DNA of 64,000 nucleotides from Bdellovibrionota bacterium (GTDB lineage Bacteria; Bdellovibrionota; UBA1018; CAIPTA01; JAALKR01): positions 576,001 through 640,000 of the forward strand of contig CBDBMJ010000001.1 of NCBI GenBank assembly GCA_965207455.1, given 5' to 3'. The translations under genes and the position numbers were made by a program. How positions within the stretch are numbered: position 1 is the first letter of the stretch; each line of letters starts with the position of its first letter. The notes beneath the pieces are model-generated. The model saw nothing but the letters and a program-made list of their open reading frames with translations. It searched no databases and had not been told where the DNA came from. Of the stretch, positions 36,556 to 46,346 are shown in pieces.

Positions 36556-39261
36556 GTGATTTGTACTAAATCGGGTATTTCTAGGCTTTTTATTTTTCTG
36601 TTCTTATGTAGCAAGACACATGCAAGGAGCACCAATCAATCGGGTGTAACCCTAGTGAGTGTAATGATAGCCACTGCTTTACTTGGTATGCTTGTTTTGC
36701 TTGCTGTCCAAGTCCAAGTTAATTTAATCGGTGGTCAAGAAATAGCAGATAATCGATATGCTTTAAATACTATTCATTCCCATATTCGCCAACTATTATC
36801 TCATACAAGAGCTTGCGAACAAACATTCCAGGGCAAAATCGTTACTACTAATGTAGGAACTTTTCTCAGCATACCTGATATAAAAGATAAAACAGGCGCA
36901 GTGGCCTATGCAATAGATACTCTTTATGAATACAATAAGGTGGAAATTTCAAAAATAGATCTTTCTCCCTTTGTTCCTAGTAGTTCCGATCCCTATGATG
37001 GTAGGGCCGATCTATATTTTCATTTTAAACCGTCACAAAATTTTAATGCTATTCCTATGAAACCGAGAAAAGTTCCTTTAAGGATTCAAATTGATTTAAA
37101 TGGCAACAATTCTATTATTAGTTGTAGTACTATATCTTCCAATAGAGGTGGCCATTCTTGGAAAATAAATAACAATAATGTTTACTTTGATGGTGATTAC
37201 GTTGGTATTGGTACAGATGAACCAAGATCTATATTAGATGTATTAGGAGACACTAAGATCGCAGGAAAATTAGAGGCAGAGGAGTTATACAATATAAAAA
37301 AAATGCAAATTGGTTATTTGGATGACTGTACTAATGGAGCTCAAAGATACAATATCACCAGCAAGGTTATGGAATTTTGTAATGGTAGTGTTTGGGTATC
37401 TATGGGAGGTCTTTGGTCCCAAGCAAGCAATGGAAGTGTTTATTATAATGGTGGAAAAAATATTGGTATTGGTATAGTAACACCTGGAGAAAAATTCCAT
37501 CTGTACGGCAAAGCAAATTTCATAGGTTATATGCAGATAGATAATCCATCCAGCCAAGCGCTAGCTTTGCAAGGAAAAATTGCCATTGGGAAAAGTTGGG
37601 ACTCTGCTTCTCGAACTCTAGCTCCAGGCGATCAGCTTGGCGTGGAAGGTGATGTGTTAATCGATGGTACTTTAGAAACGAAAATCCTAAATATGAAAAA
37701 AGGAACTCAGGAGTGCAATACCACCAATAGTGGAATAAGCAAATTTTCTGGTCCCAGTCAGTTTCATTACTGTGATGGAAGGAATTGGCAGCTTCTTCTG
37801 CCCAAGGATGATCGCAGTGTTGTGAATGAAGTGGAAAAAGAGAGATTAGAGGTGGATCAAGTGGTGGTGGGTACAAACCATACTTGCGCTCTTTTCAGCA
37901 GTGGTAAGGCAAAGTGTTGGGGAAAGAATAATTTTGGGCAGTTGGGTAATGGCACTACTAACGATAGTAATATACCCACTTATGTTCTCAATAGTCTAGA
38001 TAGTCAGCCACTAGAGAGTATTCTACAGATTGATACCAGCCATGAAACCACCTGTGTTCTTCTTAGTGATGGCAGTGTGAAATGTTGGGGGCATGGAAGG
38101 CGAGGTCAATTAGGTAATGGGCATTTTAGTGAGTTTGAGAGGTGGCCACAAACAGTTCGCACGATTGTCAGTGCCACTCAAATTTCTGTGGCATATGAAA
38201 GTGCTTGTGCACGATTGAACAATGGAGAGGCAAAGTGTTGGGGGTTAAATGATAAGGCTCAGTTGGGTAATGGGGAGACCACAAATAGTTCCACACCTGT
38301 TTTTGTTTCCGTTTCACCGGGAATGAATCGTCCAGATATTGTGAGCATATATGTGGGTAGGTACCAGACTTGTATTACTTTTTCCACTGGTGGGGAGAAG
38401 GAATTTGGATGTTGGGGTTGGCGTGGGCAAGCTGGAATTGGTGATGATGGGGCACAAATAGGAAATAAAATATGGGCACCTAAGGATGCTGTAGAATCTA
38501 TCCTTCGAGATGTGGAGTTTGCTGCCGTGGGAGAAAAGCATATTTGTGTGAAGCTAGAAGATACAAGTTCCCGATGCTGGGGAAAGAATGATAAAGGGCA
38601 GCTTGGTGATAATAGTACTTTAGCAAAAACGAAACCAACACTCGTCTACGGTTTAATCAATGTGGCAAAAATTGCTGTTCATAATGAATTTTCTTGTGCA
38701 GTCTTAATCGATCAATCGGTATTTTGTTGGGGAAATATACCGTCAGCCATTGAAATAAATACACCTGCTAGGATTGTAAATTTTGAGATTGCCAAAGATA
38801 TTTCTCTTGGTAAATATCATAACTGCATAGTGAAGGAAAATAAAACAATCCTATGCTGGTTACATGATCTTAGTACTGATCCCAGTAATGAGCCAATAGT
38901 TGTTGCCGAAGGGGTAGATGATTACTTTTCCAATCAAAATGAGTTACTTACCACATTTGATTATACTCCAGACTCGCCATCACAGGGATACAAACCCTGT
39001 AAAGGTAAAATAATATCTTCGGCAAACTCCAGTGCTCTCAACAATAAAACATCTTGTATGATGGGTGTTGGTTTTCATAATGAATCTAAAACTGGTGTTT
39101 GCACCCAAAACGAAACTTGTCGTATTGAAGTTATTGGACTCGATCGTAAAAGAGTTTGTGAATGGGGTAGGGGAATTTGCATATATAGTTGTAGCAATGG
39201 TACTTGGATTAAAACAACAAACGTTTGCGAAAAGGAAATATTAGAAATTTTGTCCTTATAG
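36556..39261 (+). CDS. 'B2': paralog of B1 that ends after the 8-Cys domain
   Basis: NQSG|VTLVSVMIAT leader. Collinear with B1 up to CSNGTWIKTTNVCEK. Confidence 0.82.
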   Translation: MICTKSGISRLFIFLFLCSKTHARSTNQSGVTLVSVMIATALLGMLVLLAVQVQVNLIGGQEIADNRYALNTIHSHIRQLLSHTRACEQTFQGKIVTTNVGTFLSIPDIKDKTGAVAYAIDTLYEYNKVEISKIDLSPFVPSSSDPYDGRADLYFHFKPSQNFNAIPMKPRKVPLRIQIDLNGNNSIISCSTISSNRGGHSWKINNNNVYFDGDYVGIGTDEPRSILDVLGDTKIAGKLEAEELYNIKKMQIGYLDDCTNGAQRYNITSKVMEFCNGSVWVSMGGLWSQASNGSVYYNGGKNIGIGIVTPGEKFHLYGKANFIGYMQIDNPSSQALALQGKIAIGKSWDSASRTLAPGDQLGVEGDVLIDGTLETKILNMKKGTQECNTTNSGISKFSGPSQFHYCDGRNWQLLLPKDDRSVVNEVEKERLEVDQVVVGTNHTCALFSSGKAKCWGKNNFGQLGNGTTNDSNIPTYVLNSLDSQPLESILQIDTSHETTCVLLSDGSVKCWGHGRRGQLGNGHFSEFERWPQTVRTIVSATQISVAYESACARLNNGEAKCWGLNDKAQLGNGETTNSSTPVFVSVSPGMNRPDIVSIYVGRYQTCITFSTGGEKEFGCWGWRGQAGIGDDGAQIGNKIWAPKDAVESILRDVEFAAVGEKHICVKLEDTSSRCWGKNDKGQLGDNSTLAKTKPTLVYGLINVAKIAVHNEFSCAVLIDQSVFCWGNIPSAIEINTPARIVNFEIAKDISLGKYHNCIVKENKTILCWLHDLSTDPSNEPIVVAEGVDDYFSNQNELLTTFDYTPDSPSQGYKPCKGKIISSANSSALNNKTSCMMGVGFHNESKTGVCTQNETCRIEVIGLDRKRVCEWGRGICIYSCSNGTWIKTTNVCEKEILEILSL

Positions 39262-39293
39262 TAGAAAAATATGGATAAGCGAGGATTCTAATC

Positions 39294-41732
39294 ATGAATA
39301 AAATGAATCAGCAATCGGGTACTTCTTTGATCAGTGTGATGATAGCTGCAGTGATACTGGCGATAATTTCACTGTTTGCCATAAAGCTTCAAGAGAATAT
39401 ACTCAGTGGGCAAAAATATGTGGAGCGAAGATATTCCGTACAGGAAATCTTTGAGGATATTCGTACATTTATGGGTAATGCAAGAGTTTGTAGGAAAAGT
39501 TTGGAAGGCTTGAGACTGCCTACTGCCTCTGTTCCTCAAATAAAAGATGTTAATGGAGATATGGTATACGAAGAAAATGCTTTTTATGAAAATGGAAATA
39601 TTGAGCTTAGCTCTATAGCTCTTTCTAGACTCTACCCGGAGTTTCCTGGTTCCAATAATGGCTTAGCTGATTTAACATTAACATTTCTTCCAAGAGCAAA
39701 CGCTCTTGGGTCTGAATTTGTGGGCACCTTTCATCCTAGAATAATTCGTCTTTCTGTAGAATTAGACCCCAACAATGGAAATAGCATAAAAAACTGTATT
39801 AGCATTGCAGGGACAAACGATGCGAATTGGCAGTATGGAGCCAATGAAGATTTATACTATATGGGTAATTTTGTGGGGATAGGAACCAATGCCCCTCGTT
39901 CAAGATTGGACGTTCGAGGAAATATTCGAGTGGATGGAGCAATGGACGTTGATGAATTAGTTACGAATGGTGCTATGTATGTGGGATCTGCGGACGCACT
40001 TGTTTGTTCGAATACTACGGAAGGAACTCAGCGCCACAGAATCTTTAATGGTGAAAGTTCTATGCAGTTCTGTAGCAATGATAGTTGGAAAACTATGAAA
40101 GATATTTGGCAACAAGATGATTTGTTTATATATGCACCTCTTACTAGGAGTGTGGGTATTGGAGTTAATGCTCCCAATGTGAAATTAGATGTAAAAGGTA
40201 GTAGTCGGTTTCAGGGCACTGTAGCCATGATCGCGTCTCCGGGTTCTTCTTTGGGATTAGTGGTGCGGGGAAAGGTTCAAATTGCTCAATCCTCCTCCAG
40301 TGCCAATGCTATTTTAGACAGGGCATCAACAACTAGTAGTCTGGGCGTGAAAGGAAATGTGAAAATAGAAGAAGCCACTAGAGGAGTATTGTGGTTCAAA
40401 GAAAGAGCTACAAATGTACGCTGTGATAATTCTAAAAAAGGGACCATACGAAGTAAGAATAGAAAATTACAATACTGCAATGGAGGTGCTTGGAAAACAC
40501 TAAAAACAAAGAGAATGTTAATCATAGAGCAAATTGAGAGTGGTTTAAACTATTCTTGTGCAAGAGTTACTAGCCGTAATAGAACTACAGCAAAATGTTG
40601 GGGTTCTAATTTTTGGGGGCAGTTGGGCATAGGGAAATCTGGATTTTATAATCCTGTTCCTAATACAGTCTTGGAAAGGGGAATACCAGAGGATAGACTT
40701 TCCAGTTATCTTGATAATGTTACGGAAATTTCTTTAGGTTATAACCATACTTGCGCAATAGCAGGTACAGCTAAAAAAGTTTATTGTTGGGGGAGTAACG
40801 ATAAATATAAATTGGGGGCAGGGTTCAATGAAAGAAATAGTACGGGTGAGATTGAGTTTAAGGTTAATCCTGTTTTAGTATCAGGTGTAGCCTTTAACCG
40901 TGATGTGGATAAAATATCTGTAGGTCACAGTCATAGTTGTGCTGTGAAAAATAAGGAAGTTTATTGTTGGGGAGCCAATAATCATGGTCAGATCGGCAAT
41001 GGAACGGTTACTGAATTTGTGGAAGTTCCCACTAAGGCAACGGGCATTCATAATGCAATAGATGTATTTACTAGTGAGTCCTTTACTTGTGCAAGGTTAA
41101 GTGATGGTAGGGCAAAATGCTGGGGGTCGAATTGGTACGGTCAATTGGGTAATAATGATGACCAGTATTGGAAAAGAGGCAGCTCTATTCCCATTTCTGT
41201 AAAAAATCTTAGTGGTATAGAACAACTCACCTTGGGTTCACGCCATGCTTGCGCTCGATTAATAGACAAAACAATGTGGTGCTGGGGAGATGGAGAAAGT
41301 GGGCAATTGGGCAATGGTGTTCTCACTCTCAGCAATCTTCCCGTTCAGGTGCTTTTAGAAATAAGTCCTGTAAGTGTTTCTCTTTCTGGAGTTACCCATA
41401 TTTCCGCTGGTCATCAAACTTGCGCTGTTATAGGGGAGACAGGCATAGCTATGTGTTGGGGACTCAATCGACAAGGTGAGCTTGGCAATGGATCAAGAAC
41501 AATAAGCTCTCTTCCCAGCAAAGTAGCTGGTCTTACAAAGGTATCAAAAATTTCAGTGGGGTATCACCATACCTGTGCAATTTCTACTGAGACCGTTAGT
41601 GGTGAGGAGAAAGGAAACACAGTTGCTTGCTGGGGACTGAATACTCATGGTCAACTGGGAACGGGGTTGACCACTGTACGCAATAGCTTCTACCCCACAT
41701 CTGCCCTTCTTTTATTTAAATCTTCGCCATAA
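39294..41732 (+). CDS. 'C2': full-length paralog of C1
   Basis: QQSG|TSLISVMIAAV leader. LDPNNG...IKNC, WQYG.NE.LYYMGN and TTAKCWGSN.WGQLGIGK are shared with C1. Confidence 0.82.
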   Translation: MNKMNQQSGTSLISVMIAAVILAIISLFAIKLQENILSGQKYVERRYSVQEIFEDIRTFMGNARVCRKSLEGLRLPTASVPQIKDVNGDMVYEENAFYENGNIELSSIALSRLYPEFPGSNNGLADLTLTFLPRANALGSEFVGTFHPRIIRLSVELDPNNGNSIKNCISIAGTNDANWQYGANEDLYYMGNFVGIGTNAPRSRLDVRGNIRVDGAMDVDELVTNGAMYVGSADALVCSNTTEGTQRHRIFNGESSMQFCSNDSWKTMKDIWQQDDLFIYAPLTRSVGIGVNAPNVKLDVKGSSRFQGTVAMIASPGSSLGLVVRGKVQIAQSSSSANAILDRASTTSSLGVKGNVKIEEATRGVLWFKERATNVRCDNSKKGTIRSKNRKLQYCNGGAWKTLKTKRMLIIEQIESGLNYSCARVTSRNRTTAKCWGSNFWGQLGIGKSGFYNPVPNTVLERGIPEDRLSSYLDNVTEISLGYNHTCAIAGTAKKVYCWGSNDKYKLGAGFNERNSTGEIEFKVNPVLVSGVAFNRDVDKISVGHSHSCAVKNKEVYCWGANNHGQIGNGTVTEFVEVPTKATGIHNAIDVFTSESFTCARLSDGRAKCWGSNWYGQLGNNDDQYWKRGSSIPISVKNLSGIEQLTLGSRHACARLIDKTMWCWGDGESGQLGNGVLTLSNLPVQVLLEISPVSVSLSGVTHISAGHQTCAVIGETGIAMCWGLNRQGELGNGSRTISSLPSKVAGLTKVSKISVGYHHTCAISTETVSGEEKGNTVACWGLNTHGQLGTGLTTVRNSFYPTSALLLFKSSP

Positions 41733-41856
41733 TTTAGTGGAGACCTCCAATTAGATCGATGCATTAAGTTTATTTGAATTTCAAAGCTGTAAGCATCTAT
41801 TTTGCTTTTGACATACACCTTTTTGTGGGTTAATCTTTATCAGAGGTTATCAGAGA

Positions 41857-43244
41857 TGGATTCTCAAAACATACAAAAATCCTTTATTTTCAATGGGTTA
41901 TATCTTTGAGTAGGGCAGAATGGGAGAGTTTCATTAGGAATGCCCTTGAAAACCGGCAATAGGCAAATGAGATAGATTTCAAGTACACCCTATCGGAAAA
42001 TAAGTCTCGTTTAAAAGAGCACATTAATGCCTTTGGGAATTCTAGTAATGGTGGCTGCTTTGTCTTTGGCATAAAGGACTTTAAACCTGAACCTAGGTCC
42101 AAGGCAAGTCAAGGTGAAGCAGTTAAAAGCATTACTATGCTGGCAAGGGATGGTCAGGAGCCACCTCTTAGTGTGGATATTTTTTACATAGAAATAAATA
42201 ATATTTCCATTCTTTGTATTCATATAGGTGCAGGTTTGTCAAAGCCAGTATTTATAAAAGGAAAAGACGTCTGGTCTGGAAAATCTTGTTTTAAGCGAAC
42301 AGGAGCGGCTACACTGCCTATGACGGAAAGTGAAATTCGACAATACTTAGCAACCAAAACCTATTACGATGAATCTCCTATTATTGATAGAGATATAAGC
42401 TTTCTATATCTTATCTGGTAACAAAAAAAATCCGCATATTACAGTAGCAGGTTGGCTTAGCTTTGCTAAAAATCCACAAAGCTATCGAGCATTTAAAAAT
42501 GCTTATATTGAAATACAAGTTTTTAATCGCACCACTCGAGCCAACCCTCTAAAGATGGTTTCTATACAGGGAACTCTACCAGATCAAATAAATGACTCCA
42601 TTGCATTTCTAATGCAGCATCAATGGACTATGCCAAGTATAGAGGGAGCAAAGCGAGTAGATGTTCCTGCATATTCAGAGAGTGTATTTCGTGAAATAAT
42701 CACAAACGCTATTGTACACAGAGACTATCAAAAAATGTACCAGCCTATTAAAATAGCGATATTTACCGACAGAATAGAAGTGGAAAGTCTAGGGGGGCTC
42801 CTTCCCGGACTAACACCTTTGAGCTTGATACATAAGAAGGAGTGGAGAAACCCCACACTGGCGAATCTTATGAAGAAATTGAAGTACGGAGAGATGGATG
42901 GTCAGGGTATTGCTCGCATTTATACTTTGAGTAGGAGATTGAAAGTACCTGGACCTAAATTTGTTGATCAAGATTCTTCTTTTAAGGTTATTCTAAGCGG
43001 GCCAAAAGATTTTCAGCAATTTACTTACGAAGAAAAACAACTCACCTTAATTATTATGCTTATTATCGATGATTTCATTAACAATGAGTCTATCCGGAAC
43101 GCATTTGGAATAACGAATGAACAGGCAGGAACTCTAATAAAGTCTACGTTAAAAGCAAATATCATTATCCCACGCAATAATAGTAGAAAATTTGCTAAAT
43201 ACGAACTTACACCACAATGGAGAGAGAAAATTTATGGGTCATAG
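41857..43244 (+). pseudogene. Fragmented Schlafen/AlbA_2 + HATPase_c_4 + HTH protein
   Basis: NEIDFK...HINAFGNSSNGGCFVFGI (AlbA_2-like) is preceded by an in-frame stop and continues into ORF 42137-42421. ORF 42555-43244 has FREIITNAIVHRDY...DRIEVES.GGL...RNP.LA. Confidence 0.78.
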
Positions 43245-43264
43245 ATCCGTGGATCATGGTTTCA

Positions 43265-45559
43265 TCATGGTCTGGGTAGGTCTGTAACTAAGATGGGTGC
43301 TTTGCTACAGCTATCGCCACCACATCTTTGTGAAGTTGTGGCACCTAGTTGACCATATTTATTATATCCCCAGCATTTTGTAATACCGTTATTGGTAAGC
43401 GCACAGGTGTGGGGTCCTCCTAGGGAAATTTGACTCACATCCTGTAGCCCAGAAATTGTAACTGGTGTTGTCTTTTGGTATGTACTACCGTCCGATTGAC
43501 CTTTGTTATTATTCCCCCAGCATTTTATGGGACCGGTGTTGAGAGTTGCGCAGGTATGATCCCTTCCTAGGCTGATTTGATTCACATTGCTTAGGCTGGA
43601 GATTAACACTGCTGTTGGGCTATCTACTTTACTACCGTTACCCAATTGTCCGTAAAGGTTCCAGCCCCAGCATGTTGCACTACCATCATTGGTAACTGCG
43701 CAGGTGTGAGATACTCCTAAAGCAATTTGAGTAGTATTTGTTAAGCTAGTAACCACAACTGGTAGTGATTTGTCTTCCATACTATTATCACCCAGTTGAC
43801 CAAATTCATTTTTCCCCCAGCATTTTGCTGTACCATCATTAAGAACTGCACAAGTGTGTGATTCTCCCAATGAAATTTGACTTACATTGGATAAACCAGT
43901 GACTGTAACGGGTGACTTTTTATTTATTTCACTATCATCGCCCAATTGTCCATTAAAGTTATTTCCCCAGCAACTCACAGTGCCGTCGCTGATAAGTGCG
44001 CAACTGTGTTGCCCGCCTAAAGCAACTTGACTCACACTGGTTAAACCAGTAACCGTAACTGGTGTTAATTTATCTCCTGTAGTATTATCCCCCAATTGCC
44101 CAAGGCTATTATCTCCCCAGCACTGTACAGTGCGATCACTTAAAAGTGCGCAACTGTGATCCGTTCCTGAGGAGATTTGATTTACATTGGATAAACCAAT
44201 AACGGTAACCGGGTCTACTTTGTCTGTTGTGGTGTCATCACCTAACTGACCTTTGTTATTATATCCCCAGCACTGTACTGTACTGTCATTGATAAGTGCG
44301 CAGCTATGATTATATCCCAAGGCAATTTGTGTGGGGAAAGTATATGGGGTTGAATAATTATCGATGATAATTGGCGTTGTGCTACAGGAATCTCCATCAC
44401 ATGTTTCTGTAGTTACGGCACCTAATTGTCCATTGTAATCCCAACCCCAGCATTGTACGGTTCGGTTTTTTAACAATGCACAAGTGTGTTCTCTGCCTAA
44501 GGAAATTTCATTTACATTGAGTAAATCAGGAACTAAAACTGGCTCTAGTTTTCTATCAATAGTGCTGTCGCCCAGTTGTCCTGATGGATTAAAGCCCCAG
44601 CATATTGTATTACTATCAGTCAAAACTGCGCAAGCGTGGGAATCTCCTAGGTCAATTTGAGTGGCATTGAGTATATTGGAAACTGGATTTATTGTCAGTT
44701 TATTGATAACAGTACCATCACCCAACTGTCCATTTTCATTCGAACCCCAGCACTGTATGGTGCCATCATTGATTAGCGCACAAGTGAAAAATTCTCCTAA
44801 AGCAATTTCTCTTACATTGGATAAACTAGTAACCACAGTTGGTGTGTGTCTATCGGCTGTTGTGGCATCACCTAATTGTCCAAAGCCATTATATCCCCAG
44901 CATGCAGCAGTTCCATCTATAAAAACAACACAGGTGTGGGAATTTCCCAAAGCAATTTGTTTCACATTACTTAAACCAGAAACTTCAAGTGGTGTTGATT
45001 TTTGGTCGGTGGTATTGTCGCCTAATTGTCCAGAATCATTTTTTCCCCAGCATTGTACGGTGCCATTATTAATGAGCGCACAACTGTGATCATCGCCTAA
45101 AGCAATTTCACGGACATTACTTAAACCGGGAACCGTAGCTGCCATTTCTTTGTCTACACCAGAGCCGTCGCCCAGTTGACCATAAAAATTATCTCCCCAA
45201 CATTTTACGGTGCGATCCTTTAACAGTGCACAAGTATGGTCTGAACCTAAAGCAACTTGACTTACATTCGTTAAATCAAGAACATTAACTGGCTCATGTC
45301 TTTCATATGCAGTACCATCACCCAACTGACCAACGCCGTTATCTCCCCAACATTTCACAGTGTGATCGCTGGAAAGTGCGCAGCTATGATTTCCCCCGGC
45401 GATGACTTGTGTAAGTACGGTTGTGGGAGATATTTCCACTGGTGGATTTAGTATGTCGCTACCGCATGCATTCAAAAAAATAAGTAAAAGTGGTACGCTG
45501 ATAAAGCGTAGCAGCAGACCTTCAAAACTCGTCGGTATACCCGATTTCTTGTAAACCAT
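43265..45559 (-). CDS. Lipoprotein with two 7-blade RCC1/BLIP-II propellers (ORF open from 45592)
   Basis: LLLIFLNAC lipobox, 14 CWG repeats and linker YSTPYTFPT. RBS ggagg precedes ATG 45559. Confidence 0.85.
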   Translation of the reverse strand: MVYKKSGIPTSFEGLLLRFISVPLLLIFLNACGSDILNPPVEISPTTVLTQVIAGGNHSCALSSDHTVKCWGDNGVGQLGDGTAYERHEPVNVLDLTNVSQVALGSDHTCALLKDRTVKCWGDNFYGQLGDGSGVDKEMAATVPGLSNVREIALGDDHSCALINNGTVQCWGKNDSGQLGDNTTDQKSTPLEVSGLSNVKQIALGNSHTCVVFIDGTAACWGYNGFGQLGDATTADRHTPTVVTSLSNVREIALGEFFTCALINDGTIQCWGSNENGQLGDGTVINKLTINPVSNILNATQIDLGDSHACAVLTDSNTICWGFNPSGQLGDSTIDRKLEPVLVPDLLNVNEISLGREHTCALLKNRTVQCWGWDYNGQLGAVTTETCDGDSCSTTPIIIDNYSTPYTFPTQIALGYNHSCALINDSTVQCWGYNNKGQLGDDTTTDKVDPVTVIGLSNVNQISSGTDHSCALLSDRTVQCWGDNSLGQLGDNTTGDKLTPVTVTGLTSVSQVALGGQHSCALISDGTVSCWGNNFNGQLGDDSEINKKSPVTVTGLSNVSQISLGESHTCAVLNDGTAKCWGKNEFGQLGDNSMEDKSLPVVVTSLTNTTQIALGVSHTCAVTNDGSATCWGWNLYGQLGNGSKVDSPTAVLISSLSNVNQISLGRDHTCATLNTGPIKCWGNNNKGQSDGSTYQKTTPVTISGLQDVSQISLGGPHTCALTNNGITKCWGYNKYGQLGATTSQRCGGDSCSKAPILVTDLPRP

Positions 45560-45610
45560 TTTCTTCACCCTCCATAGTTGAACAAACCTCACCTTTCAAT
45601 GATAGTTTAT

Positions 45611-45628
45611 TTTTCCGTTAACGGAAAA
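45611..45628. promoter_or_regulatory. Perfect 18-bp palindrome upstream of the RCC1 lipoprotein
   Basis: TTTTCCGTT|AACGGAAAA. Confidence 0.45.
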
Positions 45629-45689
45629 GTAATAATGCAAAAAGTGTATATTTTTGACTAAATAGCCCAGAAAGATGCTAGAAAGATGC

Positions 45690-46304
45690 TTATTGAGAAA
45701 CCTTACAAAGCATTTTTGTTTTCCCATGGGCCTCTACCAACTCTTCCCAAGAGGCATCCCTGCCCACAGAATCTTTTATAAGTTTGAGGAATAATTCCAT
45801 GCAGACTTTTGTATCTGCCATTGCACGGTGAGCACCCTTCACGGTAATACCGTTAGTGGTGGCTAATTTTTCCAGTTTGTAGCTTGGCTCCGTCTTCCAT
45901 ACTCTTCGGGCCATTGTATAGGTATCGAGGACAGGACTTTGTTGCACGGGAAGTGGCGTCTGCTCGTTCTGAAAATGCAGAAAGCCTAAATCAAAACGTA
46001 CATTGTGACCCATGGGAACCGCTCCCTCAATAAAGCGGTAAAAAGCAGGTAACACTTGGTATATTTTAGGAGCATTGGCTACCATGGTACCGTCAATGCC
46101 GTGTATGTGGGTGGCTATTTTTGGAATGAGTCGCCCGGGATGGACAAGTGTTTGAAAATATTCCAGAGGACCTTGATTCAGACGGAAGCGAACAGCTGCA
46201 ATTTCAACAATAGCGTCGAACTTGGGACTAAAGCCCGTGGTTTCTGTATCAAAAGCAATAAAATCCATGGAATCAATGGGCGTTTGTGGTATTTGTGTAA
46301 TCAT
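45690..46304 (-). CDS. DEDDh 3'-5' exonuclease (DnaQ/PolC-like)
   Basis: FDTETTG, GHNVRFD and HRAMAD motifs. Confidence 0.92.
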   Translation of the reverse strand: MITQIPQTPIDSMDFIAFDTETTGFSPKFDAIVEIAAVRFRLNQGPLEYFQTLVHPGRLIPKIATHIHGIDGTMVANAPKIYQVLPAFYRFIEGAVPMGHNVRFDLGFLHFQNEQTPLPVQQSPVLDTYTMARRVWKTEPSYKLEKLATTNGITVKGAHRAMADTKVCMELFLKLIKDSVGRDASWEELVEAHGKTKMLCKVSQ

Positions 46305-46346
46305 TGGCTAACCATAAATTAGTTTTTCAATTCAAGGAACTATTTA

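Noticed and set aside
23254..45592. Diversity-generating retroelement acting on the propeller genes
   Set aside because: No reverse transcriptase or non-coding template repeat in the window. Variable codons (tgg, cgg, agg, aag, gct) are not limited to the NNY pattern expected from adenine mutagenesis of AAY. A remote DGR is not formally excluded.
36556..45592. Shufflon-type inversion swapping the opposite-strand double propeller onto B2
   Set aside because: No recombinase gene, and I found no matching inverted recombination sites at the B2 end and lipoprotein start. The lipoprotein has its own signal peptide.
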